The position numbers and the translations under genes are program-made. A stretch of DNA of 64,000 nt from NCBI GenBank assembly GCA_965202895.1, contig OZ241901.1, positions 3,850,770-3,914,769 on the forward strand, read 5' to 3'. Under the pieces are notes generated by a model. The model was not told the DNA's origin. It did not search any database and saw only the letters and a program-made list of their open reading frames with translations. Shown piece after piece: positions 19,755 through 32,800 of this stretch; the first letter of the stretch is position 1; each line of letters starts with the position of its first letter. The stretch comes from Gammaproteobacteria bacterium (GTDB taxonomy: Bacteria; Pseudomonadota; Gammaproteobacteria; HK1).

Positions 19755-20108
19755 ATGCCCCGAGCAAGGAATCCCGTGCAGTCGCGCGCCCGCCGCAAGA
19801 AGATCCTGAAGCAGGCGAAGGGCTACTACGGCGCGCGGAGCCGCAGCTTTCGCGTTGCCAAGCAGGCGGTGATCAAGGCCGGCCAGTACGCCTATCGGGA
19901 CCGCCGGCAGCGCAAGCGTCAGTTCCGGGCGCTCTGGATCGCGCGGATCAACGCGGCGGCCCGGGAGCACGGCCTGTCGTACAGCCGCTTCATGAACGGG
20001 CTCGACAGGGCGGGAATCGCCCTCGACCGCAAGGTCCTGGCCGAGCTGGCGGTCGAAGACAAGGCGGCGTTCGGGGTCATCGCCCGGCAGGCCGCGGCGG
20101 CCCTCTAG
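19755..20108 (+). CDS. rplT: 50S ribosomal protein L20
   Basis: [30 protein letters not shown]...[17 protein letters not shown]. Confidence 0.95.
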   Translation: MPRARNPVQSRARRKKILKQAKGYYGARSRSFRVAKQAVIKAGQYAYRDRRQRKRQFRALWIARINAAAREHGLSYSRFMNGLDRAGIALDRKVLAELAVEDKAAFGVIARQAAAAL

Positions 20109-20263
20109 CCCGTCCCGCCGCCGGGCGGGCGGACCCCCGGCCCGATCCCTCCGGCCGCGCGGCCGTCCCGTACCGCACGGACGGCCCGGCTCGCAGCGGA
20201 CGTGAACCTGCTCGAAGCTGGATTCCACTGCATCCGGGTGATCGGGAAATCCTCAAAAAATCA

Positions 20264-20279
20264 ATAGATTGCAATCTAT
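20264..20279. promoter_or_regulatory. perfect 16-bp palindrome ATAGATTGCAATCTAT upstream of pheS
   Basis: Read directly from the sequence. It sits in an AT-rich patch about 45 bp upstream of the pheS ATG (20325). Confidence 0.3.
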
Positions 20280-20309
20280 GCTTGGGTGGTCCATGCTCCT
20301 AGATGTTGA

Positions 20310-21353
<1,044 letters not shown>

Positions 21354-21370
21354 GCGGGCGGGGCGGCCGC

Positions 21371-23815
21371 ATGAAGTTCAACGAGGACTGGCTCCGGGAA
21401 TGGGTGGACCCGGGCGTGGAGTCCGGGGTGCTCGCCGAGCAGCTCACCCGGGCCGGCCTGGAGGTGGACGCGGTGGAGCCGGCCGCCTCGTCCCCCGGGC
21501 TCTCCGGGGTGGTGGTCGCCGAGGTGCTGGAGAGCCGGCCGCATCCCAACGCGGACCGGCTGAAGCTCTGCGTGGTCGACCCCGGCGGAGGCGACCGTGT
21601 CGAGGTGGTGTGCGGCGCGCCGAATGCGCGCGCGGGGATACGGGCCGCACTGGCCCGGCCCGGGGCCCGGGTCGCGGACGGCCTCAAGGTTCGGCGCGCG
21701 AAGATCCGGGGATCGGCATCGGAGGGAATGCTCCTGTCCATGCGCGAGCTCGGGATCGGCGACGACCACGACGGGATCGTCGAGCTCGAACCGGGCGCGC
21801 CTCCGGGGGCGGACGTCCGGGCGGTGCTGGGGCTCGACGACTCCGTCTTCGCGCTGAGCGTGACGCCGGACCGCGGCGACTGTCTCAGTGTGGCCGGCGT
21901 CGCACGCGAGGTCGGCGCCATCAACCGGCTTCCCGTCCGCGGTCCTTCGCCGGATCCGGTGCCCCCCGCGATCGAGGACCGTCTCACCGTCGCGCTCGAA
22001 GCCCCCGAAGGGTGCGCCCGCTACGCGGGCCGGGTGGTACGGGGGATCGATCCCGCCGCCAGGACCCCTCTCCGGATCACCGAACGTTTGCGCAGATGCG
22101 GGGTCCGCGCCGTCTCCCCGGTCGTCGACGTGACCAACTACGTCATGCTCGAGCTCGGGCAGCCCCTGCACGCATTCGACCTCCGACGGCTGGAGGGAGG
22201 CATCCGGGTCCGCCGCGCGTGCGCCGGCGAACGCCTGACCTTGCTCGACGAACGGGAGGTCGAGCTTCGACCGTCCACCCTGGTCATCGCCGATCACCGG
22301 CGCCCGGTCGCACTCGCCGGGATCATGGGCGGGCTCGATACCGCGGTGTCGGGAGCGACCCGCGACGTGTTCCTCGAGAGCGCGTGGTTCGACCCTTCCG
22401 ATCTCATGGGAGAGCCGCGGTTCTACAAGCTCGACACGGACGCCTCCCACCGGTTCGAACGCGGGGTCGACCCCGAGCTCCAGAAGGCCGCGATCGAGCG
22501 GGCGACCCGGCTCCTGATCGACGTCGCCGGCGGACGGCCCGGTCCGATCACGGACGAAAGGGCGCCCTCCCATCTGCCCGGCCGCTCGACGATCCGTCTC
22601 CGGGCGAAGCGGATCGAACGTCTCCTCGGCATGGCGCTGCCGGCGGACGAGGTCGCGGGCGGCCTGGAGCGGCTCGGAATGGAGGTCGCGGAGACCGAAG
22701 GCGGCTGGTCGGTCACCCCCCCGGCCCGCCGCTTCGACGTCGCGATCGAGGAGGACCTGATCGAGGAGGTGGTCCGCCTCGCGGGCTACGATCGGGTCCC
22801 GCCGGTGGAGATCGAAGGAACCGTCCGTCCCGGAGGGGACCCCGAGACCGGGGTTCCGGTCTCCCGGCTCCGCCGGGTGCTGGTGGATCGGGGGTACCAG
22901 GAAGCGGTGACCTACAGCTTCGTGGACCCGGCGATGCAATCGCGGCTCGATCCGGAGGTGGCCCCGATCCGGCTCGCGAACCCCATTTCGACGGAGCTCG
23001 CGGTCATGCGTTCCCATCTCTGGATGGGGCTGTGCGGGGCGCTCGTCCGCAACGCCAAGCGGCAGGAACGCCGGGTCCGGCTGTTCGAGACCGGGCTCCG
23101 CTTCCGGCGGGACCCGAAGCTCGAGGCCCGGATCGGGGACGTGGAAGGGTGGGGCGACCGTGGCCGGGACCAGGTCGCGGACGTCGACCAGGAGCGCTGC
23201 ATCGCGGCCGTCGCGATGGGCCCGGTCGATCCCGAGCAGTGGGGAAGCGCGGCCCGGGACGCCGACTTCTTCGACCTCAAGTCCGACGTCGAGGCTCTGC
23301 TGGGGCTCACCGGGGAGCCGGATCGGTTCTCGTTCGCGCCGTTCGTCCATCCCGCCCTGCACCCGGCGCAGACGGCCGAGATCCGCGACGGCGGCGAGCC
23401 GGTGGGTCTGATCGGCGCGCTGCACCCGAACGTGCGCGGGGAGCTCGGGCTGCCCTCCCCGGTATTCGTGTTCGAGATCGCTCTCGCCCCTCTCACGGCC
23501 GCCCGGCTCCCCGGATACGTGCCCGTGTCGCGCTATCCATCGGTGCGGAGGGACCTCGCGGTCATCGTGGAAGACGGGGTTGCGGCCGGCCGGATCCTGG
23601 ACGAGGTGCGGCGAGGGGCTCCCGCGACCCTGAGCGACGCGGTGGTCTTCGACCTGTACCGGGGCGAAGGGATCGGGGCGGGCAGGAAGAGCGTCGCGAT
23701 CGGCTTGACCTTCCGATCCGAATCGCGCACGCTAGACGACATGGAGGTCGATGGGTTCGTCGAGGCCATCGTCGCCGGGCTGGAAGCCGAAGTGGGAGCC
23801 GAGCTGCGGGGTTAG
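21371..23815 (+). CDS. pheT: phenylalanine--tRNA ligase beta subunit
   Basis: [14 protein letters not shown]... with a tRNA-binding domain ([13 protein letters not shown]) and B3/4, B5 and FDX-ACB regions. ATG 21371 is in frame in ORF 20303..23815. Confidence 0.95.
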   Translation: MKFNEDWLREWVDPGVESGVLAEQLTRAGLEVDAVEPAASSPGLSGVVVAEVLESRPHPNADRLKLCVVDPGGGDRVEVVCGAPNARAGIRAALARPGARVADGLKVRRAKIRGSASEGMLLSMRELGIGDDHDGIVELEPGAPPGADVRAVLGLDDSVFALSVTPDRGDCLSVAGVAREVGAINRLPVRGPSPDPVPPAIEDRLTVALEAPEGCARYAGRVVRGIDPAARTPLRITERLRRCGVRAVSPVVDVTNYVMLELGQPLHAFDLRRLEGGIRVRRACAGERLTLLDEREVELRPSTLVIADHRRPVALAGIMGGLDTAVSGATRDVFLESAWFDPSDLMGEPRFYKLDTDASHRFERGVDPELQKAAIERATRLLIDVAGGRPGPITDERAPSHLPGRSTIRLRAKRIERLLGMALPADEVAGGLERLGMEVAETEGGWSVTPPARRFDVAIEEDLIEEVVRLAGYDRVPPVEIEGTVRPGGDPETGVPVSRLRRVLVDRGYQEAVTYSFVDPAMQSRLDPEVAPIRLANPISTELAVMRSHLWMGLCGALVRNAKRQERRVRLFETGLRFRRDPKLEARIGDVEGWGDRGRDQVADVDQERCIAAVAMGPVDPEQWGSAARDADFFDLKSDVEALLGLTGEPDRFSFAPFVHPALHPAQTAEIRDGGEPVGLIGALHPNVRGELGLPSPVFVFEIALAPLTAARLPGYVPVSRYPSVRRDLAVIVEDGVAAGRILDEVRRGAPATLSDAVVFDLYRGEGIGAGRKSVAIGLTFRSESRTLDDMEVDGFVEAIVAGLEAEVGAELRG

Positions 23816-23816
23816 G

Positions 23817-24119
23817 ATGGCGCTGACCAAGGTGGACATGGCCGAGTGCATCTTCAACGAGCTCGGGCTCAACAAGCGCGAAGCCCGGGAGTTCGTGGAC
23901 CACCTGTTCGAGGAGCTGCGCCTCTCCCTGGAGTCCGGCGAGCCGGTGAAGCTCTCCGGCTTCGGCAACTTCGATCTTCGCGACAAGGCCGAACGCCCGG
24001 GACGGAATCCGAAGACGGGCACGGAGGCGACGATTTCCGCCCGGCGGGTGGTGACCTTTCGGCCCGGAATCAAGCTGAAGACCAGGGTGGAGGCCGGTGT
24101 TCGATCCCTCGGCAAATAG
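23817..24119 (+). CDS. ihfA: integration host factor alpha subunit
   Basis: [33 protein letters not shown]...[23 protein letters not shown]. Confidence 0.9.
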   Translation: MALTKVDMAECIFNELGLNKREAREFVDHLFEELRLSLESGEPVKLSGFGNFDLRDKAERPGRNPKTGTEATISARRVVTFRPGIKLKTRVEAGVRSLGK

Positions 24120-24453
24120 CGAGCTTCCCCCCATCCCGGCGAAGAGGTACTTCACGATCGGGGAGGTGAGCGAGCTCTGCGCGGTCAAGCAGCACGTGCT
24201 CCGGTACTGGGAGCAGGAGTTCCCGACCCTGAACCCGATCAAGCGCCGCGGAAACCGGCGCTACTACCAGCGGCAGGACGTGATCCTGATCAGACAGATC
24301 CGCAGCCTGCTCTGGGAGCACGAATACACGATTGCCGGAGCGCGGCAGAAGCTTGCGAGCGGCGAATCGAAGCGCGACAGCGAACAGAGCCGGCAGATCG
24401 TCCGCCAGGTGCGGATAGAGCTCGAGGAGATCCTCGCGATTCTGCGGCACTAG
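24097..24453 (+). CDS. MerR family transcriptional regulator
   Basis: [25 protein letters not shown]...[13 protein letters not shown] forms the HTH. The GTG start overlaps the ihfA 3' end. This is the usual partner downstream of ihfA. Confidence 0.8.
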   Translation: MFDPSANSELPPIPAKRYFTIGEVSELCAVKQHVLRYWEQEFPTLNPIKRRGNRRYYQRQDVILIRQIRSLLWEHEYTIAGARQKLASGESKRDSEQSRQIVRQVRIELEEILAILRH

Positions 24454-24556
24454 CCGGATATCTTTCGCGGCCGGGGCGGAGCGGCGCGGGTTTGATGGCG
24501 CCAGGCGGGTGAGGCCGCCCACGCCGGCTCGCAGGAAGGCCCGGCATCCGGTTCCA

Positions 24557-24633
<77 letters not shown>

Positions 24634-24879
24634 GACACCGGCTCCGAATCCGTCCCCCGATCATCCAGCCGCCTGCGAGACGCGGCGGGCGCCGGAGCCG
24701 ATCCGGGCCGTCCGCGTGCCGGGGCGGATCGGCAAGGCTCCGGGCGCCGAAGAGGCGCGTCGGCGTGGAGGGGTTTCCCCGGCACATCGTCGTCGGCGGC
24801 GCCGGGAACGAGCTACCCACCGGCCGAGGCGGAAGTCTCCGGGACCCCCCGGCCGGCGTGCGCGGACGGCCCTCTGCAA

Positions 24880-25064
24880 GATCGGGATGGCGGGTGGTCG
24901 ACGGGTCGGGGGAGGGTCGAGATGCCGCCGGTCCGGGACGCTACCCTCGGAAAGTCCGCGTGGCGGTGAACCGCCCTGCCATCTCTGGGACCGCATCTAC
25001 CCAGCTCCCGGCGACGGGCGCATCGTAGCATGAGTGACCGGGTGTGCGCCCGCGCGAAGTGCGG
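24880..25064 (+). repeat. left copy of a ~185-bp direct repeat (relic of the gp7-like gene 3' end plus downstream sequence)
   Basis: 24919-25064 is near-identical to 61763-61905 (a few substitutions and a 3-bp indel). Weaker similarity extends about 40 bp upstream. Confidence 0.75.
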
Positions 25065-25118
25065 CCGGCCGCTCCCGGCCGGAAGGCCCCCGGCCCGGCG
25101 CGCGCGGGCGGCCCCGGC

Positions 25119-27413
25119 CTACCGCGCCGCGCCGGCGGGGCGGCGCGCGTCCATCGTCTCGAGCAGGCGGGGAGGGGACATGGGCAGTCCGGTCATCCGC
25201 ACCCCGACCGCGTCCTCGATCGCATTCGCGACCGCGGCCATCGGCGGGCAGATGTTGACCTCTCCGACGCCCTTGACCCCGTAGGGGTGGCCGGGGTTCG
25301 GCACCTCCACCAGCACCGCCTCGATCATCGGAAGGTCCGAGGCGACCGGCATCCGGTAGTCGAGGAAGCCCGGGTTCTCGAGCCGGCCCTCGCCGTCGTA
25401 GACGTACTCCTCGTTCAGCGCCCAACCGATCCCCTGGACCGCGCCGCCCTGGATCTGGCCCTCGACGTAGCTCGGGTGGATCGCACGGCCGACGTCCTGC
25501 GCGGCGGTCCACCTGAGTATGGTGACCTTTCCGGTCTCCGGGTCCACCTCCACGTCGCAGACCTGGGTCGAGAAGCCCGGGCCGACCCCGGCCGCGTTCA
25601 CCGACGCGCTGGCGCCGATGGGCCCGCCGGTCTGGGTCTTCTTCGCCGCGATCTCCCGGAGGGAGAGCGGCTCGAACTCGCCCACGTTGCTGCTCGCGGG
25701 CTTCGCGTGCCCGTCCTCCCAGACGACCCCGTCGACGTCGACGTCCCAGATGAGGGCGGCGCGGCGCCGCAGCTCCTCGATGAGCTTCCGAGCCGCGGTG
25801 ACCACCGCGAGGCCGGTGGCCAGGGTGACCCGGCTGCCGCCGGTCACCCCGGTGAAGCCGATCGAGGCGGTGTCGGCCACGATCGGCCGAACCCGCTCGT
25901 AGTCGATGCCGAGGGTCTCCGCGGCCATGATCGCCATCGACGCCCGGGAGCCCCCGATGTCCGGGCTCCCGGTCGCGACCATCGCGGTACCGTCCTCCCC
26001 GAGGTGGATCGTGGCGCTCGATTCGCCGCCGGCGTTGAACCAGTACCCGGAGGCGACCCCCCGCCCCTGGTTCGGTCCGAGAGGGGTGCGGTAGTGGGGA
26101 TGGTTCTGCAGGGCCTCGATCGTCTCCGCGTAGCCGATGGACCCGAACTTCGGCCCGTAGGCGGCCTGGGTGCCCTCCAGGGCCGCGTTGCGTCGGCGAA
26201 GCTCGAGCGGATCGATGCCGAGCTTGCGGGCGAGCACGTCCATGGCGCTCTCGACGGCGAAGGCGGAGATCGGTGATCCGGGAGCGCGGTAGGCGGCGGA
26301 CTTCGGCCGGTTGCACACCACGTCGTAGCCCACCGTGCGCACGTTCGCGAGGGCGTAGGGGGCGAACGCGCACATGCAGGCGTTCACCACCGGGGACCCC
26401 GGAAACGCCCCCGCCTGGAACCGGAAGGCGCCCTCGGCGGCGGTGATCCGGCCGTCGCGGGTCGCCCCGATCCTCACCGTCATCGCCGCCCCGGAGGTCG
26501 GGCCGGTGGCCTTGAAGACCTCCTCCCGGCTCATCGCGAGCTTGACCGGCCGCCCGCTCTTCCGGGCGAGGGAGAGGGCGATGGGCTCGAGGTACACCAC
26601 CGTCTTCCCGCCGAACCCGCCTCCGATCTCGGCCGGGGTCACCCGCAGGTCCGAGAGCGCGAGGCCGAGGAGCTTGGCGGTGAAGGCGCGGATCTGGAAG
26701 TGGCCCTGGCTCGACCCCCAGATCTCCGCCTGTCCGTCCTCGTTGCAGCGCGCAACGCAGGCGTGGGGCTCGATGTAGCCCTGATGGACCGGCCGGGTCG
26801 TGAACTCCATCTCGACCGTCTCTTCCGCCTCGCGGAAGCCCGCCTCGACGTCGCCGATCCCCATTTCGGCGCGTTTGGCGACGTTCGACGGCCGGTCCGG
26901 GGCCGGGTCTACCCCGCGGGTGTACATGTCCGGATGGAGCAGCGGGGCGTCGGGGCGCATCGCCTCCTTCACGTCGATGACGTGCGGCAGGACCTCGTAG
27001 TCGACCTCGATGAGGGAGAGCGCCTCCTCGGCGACCGCCTTCGTGGTGGCCGCCACCGCCGCCACCGAATGCCCTTCGTACAGCGCCTTCTCGCGGGCCA
27101 TGACGTTCCTCGTCATGTGCGCGAAGTTGATCTGGACCCGTTCGGGGCCGACGTATACCGACGGGTGGTCGGGGAGATCGTCCCCCCTGACGACCGCCTT
27201 CACCCCGGGCAGGGCCTCCGCCCGGGAGGTGTCGATGGACCGGATCCGCGCATGGGCGTGGGGACTGCGGAGGATCGCGCCGACGAGCATCCCCGGCAAC
27301 GACTGGTCGGCCGCGAACCTGGCGCGTCCGGTCACCTTGTCCACCCCGTCGGGCCGAACCGGCCGCGATCCGACCCACTTGAAGCCGTTCCGAGAGTCCT
27401 GGTTCACGCTCAC
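25119..27413 (-). CDS. xanthine dehydrogenase/aldehyde oxidase family, molybdopterin-binding subunit
   Basis: 764 aa: VGSRPVRPDGVDKVTGRARFAAD...ILRSPHAHARI...GGGFGGK...; typical CoxL/XdhB-like large subunit. No adjacent 2Fe-2S or FAD subunit genes were seen. Confidence 0.85.
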   Translation of the reverse strand: MSVNQDSRNGFKWVGSRPVRPDGVDKVTGRARFAADQSLPGMLVGAILRSPHAHARIRSIDTSRAEALPGVKAVVRGDDLPDHPSVYVGPERVQINFAHMTRNVMAREKALYEGHSVAAVAATTKAVAEEALSLIEVDYEVLPHVIDVKEAMRPDAPLLHPDMYTRGVDPAPDRPSNVAKRAEMGIGDVEAGFREAEETVEMEFTTRPVHQGYIEPHACVARCNEDGQAEIWGSSQGHFQIRAFTAKLLGLALSDLRVTPAEIGGGFGGKTVVYLEPIALSLARKSGRPVKLAMSREEVFKATGPTSGAAMTVRIGATRDGRITAAEGAFRFQAGAFPGSPVVNACMCAFAPYALANVRTVGYDVVCNRPKSAAYRAPGSPISAFAVESAMDVLARKLGIDPLELRRRNAALEGTQAAYGPKFGSIGYAETIEALQNHPHYRTPLGPNQGRGVASGYWFNAGGESSATIHLGEDGTAMVATGSPDIGGSRASMAIMAAETLGIDYERVRPIVADTASIGFTGVTGGSRVTLATGLAVVTAARKLIEELRRRAALIWDVDVDGVVWEDGHAKPASSNVGEFEPLSLREIAAKKTQTGGPIGASASVNAAGVGPGFSTQVCDVEVDPETGKVTILRWTAAQDVGRAIHPSYVEGQIQGGAVQGIGWALNEEYVYDGEGRLENPGFLDYRMPVASDLPMIEAVLVEVPNPGHPYGVKGVGEVNICPPMAAVANAIEDAVGVRMTGLPMSPPRLLETMDARRPAGAAR

Positions 27414-27455
27414 TCCCTTCTCCGAATTGCCGAATGTACCCGTCCGGGCGGGCGA

Positions 27456-27545
27456 TCAGTGCCGCTTGCCGGCGAGGCTCACGCATAAGAGCACGGCCGC
27501 GACGAGGACGGCGGCGACGATGACGACGAGGCCCAGTTGGTCCAT
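27456..27545 (-). CDS. possible 29-aa hydrophobic micro-protein
   Basis: MDQLGLVVIVAAVLVAAVLLCVSLAGKRH. GGAGA lies 6 nt upstream of the ATG, and the ORF ends 42 bp upstream of the Mo-subunit start. Speculative. Confidence 0.3.
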   Translation of the reverse strand: MDQLGLVVIVAAVLVAAVLLCVSLAGKRH

Positions 27546-27792
27546 GTTCGGTCTCCGTTGGGGGTTCAGCTCCGGTCGCCGGCGCGGTCCCGGCTCCGGG
27601 CCGGAAACCGATCCCGCAGCGCGAGATGAATCGGCACGTAGAGGGCCAGCGCCGCCAGCGACCAGACCGCGTGCCCGGTGAGCTGGTAGACGGCGTAGGC
27701 GATCAGGGCGCCGATCGCTCCATGGACGACGTCGCGCATGTCCGTATTCTGCCCGATCGGGGCGGCGGTCGTCACCGGCCGGCCCGCAGGCT

Positions 27793-28077
27793 GGCATGTG
27801 CGCTGTAGGGATTTTCGCCAAACACGCCTCTCGCGAACGTTTTTGGGCACGGCGTCCTGGGAACGCGGGCGTCCCGCCCGCAAATGGGATGGCGAGGCCG
27901 CCGCCGAGCAATGCGGGCGGGACACAAGCGTTCCCAGGACGCCGTGCCCGCGCAAGAGGCTCCGTGGGGTGAAATCCGCCAGCAACCCTCTCGAACCGAC
28001 CTCGAACCACGGAAAAACGCCGTCTCCGTGGGGGTAAAAGATATCTCGACCTGCCTATATATCAATAACCTACGAAC
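27793..28077 (-). repeat. type-1 MITE-like repeat, copy B (inverted orientation)
   Basis: The reverse complement aligns end to end with copies A and C-F. Confidence 0.75.
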
Positions 28078-28431
28078 AGCGCCCGGGGCTCCAACACCGG
28101 CCGGCCCACGGATTGCCGGCCCGAGGACCGGCCGGAGCGAATGGTCCGTCCGGTTCGGCAGCCCGCGATCCGTCCGGTCCGAGTGAGGGCCGGGGAGGCG
28201 CCCTGGAACCCGGACGCGAGCGCTCGACGGATGAGGTCCGTGGAAGCCCGCGAAGGCCGGCCGCCGCGGCGGTCGCCCGGGGGAGGAGGCGGTTCGGTTC
28301 GTGCGAGCGCACGGTCCGCCCCCGCCGAGCTCGTGCCCGGGGCAGCGGGTAGCCGCGGCTCCGGCGCCGGACCGCGGCGAGGACGGGCGGAGGGGGAGGG
28401 CGAGGGGGCGGACTTCTCGGCGACCGGACGG

Positions 28432-29133
28432 TCAGCCGCCCGCGACCGCGGCGAGCCCGCCCGGATCCAGTATCTCGATCTTCCTCGGTCCGTCGCGCCG
28501 GATGAAGCCGGCCTGTTCGAGCGCGCGCAACGAGCGGCTGACCGTTTCCGCCCGCAGGCCGAGCAGATCGGCGATGTCGTCCCGGGAGAAGGGGAGGTTG
28601 ACGGCGCGGCCTTCCGGGTCCAGGCGCTCCCGCAGACCGGCCAGCAGGTGCGCGAGCCGTTCCTTCGGATCGAGCCGGGCGAGCGCCGCGATCATGTCGC
28701 GCAGCGCCTCCACGTGGTCGACCGCGTCGGAGCGGATGTAGCGATCCAGACAATGGCAGTCGGCCGGGTCGAACTCCGCTTCCAGGCTCGGGATCAGGCA
28801 CAGGAGGAAGTCGGAGGACGTGGTGATCTCCCGTCCTCCCCGATTCCCCCCTTCCTTCGCGTGGAGCAGCTCGCCGGGGACCATGAAGTCGGTGATCGCG
28901 CGCCGTCCGTCCTCGAACGTGTTCCGCACGGAAACGGTTCCGCGCGAGACGACGGCGAGGTCCCACCTCCTCGCCCCGCCGCCGTCCTCGCCTCCCGGCG
29001 GCCACGGTGCGGCGGGTCGCACGGCTTCCCGGAACCGCTCCTGGAGCGGCTCCGGCAGGCGGCCGCAGAAGCCGCGGTCGCGCGCGGGGCAGGCCGCGCA
29101 GTGCGGAGGTCGGGACGGCTCTCCGTGTTCCAT
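28432..29133 (-). CDS. Crp/Fnr family transcriptional regulator (FNR-like N-terminal Cys cluster)
   Basis: The N-terminus reads HCAACPARDRGFCG. A cNMP-like barrel follows, and the C-terminal HTH reads RDDIADLLGLRAETVSRSLRALEQAGFI. Confidence 0.85.
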   Translation of the reverse strand: MEHGEPSRPPHCAACPARDRGFCGRLPEPLQERFREAVRPAAPWPPGGEDGGGARRWDLAVVSRGTVSVRNTFEDGRRAITDFMVPGELLHAKEGGNRGGREITTSSDFLLCLIPSLEAEFDPADCHCLDRYIRSDAVDHVEALRDMIAALARLDPKERLAHLLAGLRERLDPEGRAVNLPFSRDDIADLLGLRAETVSRSLRALEQAGFIRRDGPRKIEILDPGGLAAVAGG

Positions 29134-29420
29134 CAGCCCTTCTTCGAGGTCCGGGACGCTGCGGCGATCATAACGGCCTCCGCGTCCGCGTCCGCCATGC
29201 TTCGCCGTGGCGGCTTCTCGTTCGCTGCCGCCGTCCCGCTCCCGCCGCCGGACCGGGAAGGCGCCCCGACCCCCCGGAGCGAGTGCAACGGCACGAATTC
29301 CGTCCGCGTCCCGACAGGAATCCCGTCCACGGTGAAACGACGGATCGATGCGCTACGCGACCAGGCGCCGACACGGACCGACGGGAATTCCGGAGGACGT
29401 CCCACAGGCTGTGGAGTGAG

Positions 29421-29678
29421 CCCCGCGCGCTGTTCGTAACCTCCTGATATAGAGGGTGCAGAGAGGGGGTCGAGATATTCCTTGCCCCACGGGGACGGGC
29501 TGACTCCACGGTTTCGGGGCGGTTCGTGGGTCTGGTTGGTGGATTTCACCTCATGGAGCCGCTTGCGCGGGCACGGCGTCCTGGGAACGCGGGCGGGACA
29601 CAAGCGTTCCCAGGACGCCGTGCCCAAGAACGTTCGCGAGAGGCGTGTTTGGCGAAAACCCCACCGCGCACATGCCTC
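29421..29678 (+). repeat. type-1 MITE-like repeat, copy C (central hairpin shortened)
   Basis: It shares the termini and flanking modules of the other copies. The inner loop of the hairpin is deleted. Confidence 0.7.
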
Positions 29679-29817
29679 GAAGTGGTCCGAGGGGGGGCGC
29701 GCGGACCGAGGTGCTACAGTGGCGGACCGCCGACCGGGCCGAACCCACTCGACCACCGCGGCCCAACGCCCGGAATTTCCGACCCCCCGGCGTACCAAGG
29801 GCCGACGGCAGCAGGCA

Positions 29818-32800
29818 ATGAACGGCAACCCTCCGCTATTCGAAGGGCAGGTTCTCACCGGCGAGCTCTTCGACGAGCCCATGCGGATCGAGACCATCCA
29901 TGCGAACGGCCCCGGCGCATGGGATGCCGGCCTGGTCGGGGTCCGGTCGGAACGGTTCCGTCGGGTCACGCTGACGGCCGAGGACGTCGCGAGCCTCACC
30001 GTCACCGACCGGACGCTCTCCTACGACGGCGATGCAAGGCTGCTCCGCCTCGGGCTCCAGGCGTACTCCCTCGGCATCGCCTACGAGTTCGACCCCTTCT
30101 TCGGCCTCTCCATCTCCCGCGTGGACCCTCTTCCCCACCAGCTCGAAGCGGTCTACGAACACCTCCTCAAGCTCCCCGCCGTGCGCTTCCTCCTCGCCGA
30201 CGACGCCGGCGCCGGCAAGACCGTGATGGCGGGGCTTCTCGTCCGGGAGCTCAAGCTCCGGGGCCTCGCCGAACGGATCCTCGTCGTGTGCCCCGCGAAC
30301 CTCGCCTTCCAGTGGCAGCGCGAGCTCAAGGAGAAGTTCGACGAGAAGTTCCTCGTCTTCAAGGGCGGCGACGTCAGGGAACAGTTCGGCGTCAACCAGT
30401 GGCTCGAGCAGAAGCAGATCGTCACGTCGCTCGACCTTGCCAAACGCGGCGACGTCCTTCCGGGACTGCGGCAAGCGCACTGGGATCTGGTGATCGTGGA
30501 CGAGGCGCACCGGATGTCGGCGCGCGACGAAGCCCACAAGAGCCAGCGCTACCGGCTGGGCGAGCTGCTGCGCGACCGCGCCGATCACATCCTGCTGCTG
30601 ACCGCGACGCCCCACAAGGGCGATCCGCAGAACTTCACCCTGTTCCTCCAGCTCCTCGACCGCGATGCGTACGCGGACGTGCGCTCCATCCGGAAGGCGA
30701 TGGAGCGCCAGCGGGCGCCTTTCTACCTCCGCCGGACCAAGGAGGCGATGATCCATTTCCCGGAGCGCCGGGCGGACGGCCGTTGGGCGGCCCGACCCGT
30801 GTTCACGAAGCGGATCCCGCGCACCGCGAGCTTCGCCATCGACGGCGCGGAGCTCGACCTCTACCGGGAGGTGACGCAATTCGTGAAGCGACAGAGCCGG
30901 CGCGCCGCGGAGCGGCAGGACGACCCCAGGGCGCGGGCGGTCGGGTTCCTGATGTCCCTCTACCAGCGCCGCCTCGCCTCCAGCACCTGCGCCATGCGCC
31001 GCTCGCTCGAGAAACGGGCCGAACGGCTCGAAGACGGCCTCGCCCGAGCCGAGGACCTGGTGCGCACGGCTCCGCCCGGACTGCCCGATCCGGAAGACCT
31101 CGACGAGATGGAGGACGCCGAACGCGAGAGGATCGAACGGCAGCTCGATGCCGTCACCCTCGCCGGCAATGCGGCGCAGGTGCGCGAGGAGGTAGCCGAG
31201 CTCCGCCAGCTTGCCGCGAAGGCGAAGGAAGTCGAGGGCTCGGACGGCGAGGAGAAGCTCGGCCGGCTCGAGAAGATCATGCGCGAAGAAGGCTTCTTCG
31301 ACCGCCCCGATCAACGCCTCCTCCTCTTCACCGAGTTCACCGACACCCTCCGCTACCTGATGGGCCGGTTGGAGAGGTGGGGCTTCCGCGTCGGGTGCAT
31401 CCACGGCGGGATGAAACCCGGATCTCGCGACGAGCCGGGCACCCGGCTGTACGCGGAGCAGCGGTTCCGGGAAGGGGCCATCCAGGTGCTCATCGCCACC
31501 GAGGCGGCGGGCGAAGGGATCAACCTCCAGTGCTGCCACGTCCTGTTCAACTACGACATCCCCTGGAACCCCAACCGGCTCGAGCAGCGCATGGGGCGCA
31601 TCCACCGGTACGGCCAGCGGCAGGACTGCCTCATCTTCAACTTCGTCGCCGCCAACACGATCGAGGGGCGGGTGCTCGACCGCCTGCTCGCGAAGTTGCA
31701 GGAGATCCGGGACGCCCTCGACGACGACGCGGTCTTCAACGTGGTGGGCGAGGTGCTGCCCGGCGCCCAGGTGGAACGCGTGCTGCGGGACTACTACGCG
31801 GGCAGGCTGGGCGATGCCGACCTGGAAGATCGGCTCCTGAAGGACGTGGACGAAGCGCATTTCCGCTCGATCTGCCGGACGGCGCTGGAAGGTCTCGCGT
31901 CGAAGAAGCTCGACCTCGAGATGCTCGTGGAACGCCGGGCGCGAGCCCAGGAGCGGCGGGTCGTGCCGGAGACCATCGCGCGGTTCATGAGGGAGAGCGC
32001 CCGGGACGCGGGGCTTCCACTCGAACCGGTGGGGTCCCTGCCCCATGCCTTCGAGCCGGGACGGACCCCGGCGGCGCTGAAGGCGTTCGAACGGGAGGCA
32101 AGCGGGAAGACGGCGAGCCTCGCGGACCGCTATCCGCGTCTGTCGACGGACCGGGAGACGGCGGAGGAGCACGACCTCGAATGGGTGACCCCGGGACACC
32201 CGTTGTTCGAGGCCCTGCGCCGATGCAGCCTCGCGCGGGGGCGGGACGCCTTCTCCAGGGGCGCCTGCTTCCATTCCCTGGAGCACGAGGCGCCAGCCCG
32301 GCTCGATTTCTACCGGGCGCGGTTCGTGGACGGTCTCGGGCGCACCATCCACGAACGCCTCTTCACCGTGGAGCTCGTGCAGGGGAGGGCGCCGGCCCTG
32401 CGAGCCCCTGACGTCCTCGGGGACCTGAGCCCCGCGGCGACGCCCCCCGGCGTGCCGCCGCCTTCCATCGCTTCCTCGCCGGAGGAGACCCCGTGGCTCA
32501 ACGAGAATGCGTTGATGCGGCTGCTCCGCGAGGTGCGGAGGGAACGGGCCGCGGAGGTCGAGCGCATCGCCGGGCACGTCGATCTCTCGTTGACCGAGGT
32601 GTTGCAACGCACCGATGAGGAGATCGGGCGGGCGAGCGTGGACGTGGAGAAGGGAGTCGCCGGAGCGGAGGGCCGGCTCGTGCAGGCCGAGGCCCGGCAC
32701 TCCGAGGTTCTGGCGCGGCGCGAGAGGCGCCGCAAGGAGCTCGGGCAACAGCGCGCGGTCACCCTGCAGGGCGTCGAACGGATGGCGAGCGCCTTGGTGC

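Noticed and set aside
24634-24880. An integrase gene or a tRNA-derived att site immediately downstream of tRNA-Pro.
   Set aside because: There is no integrase-like ORF on either strand. The direct repeat found at 24880-25064 does not overlap the tRNA 3' end, so a classical tRNA-att integration cannot be supported.
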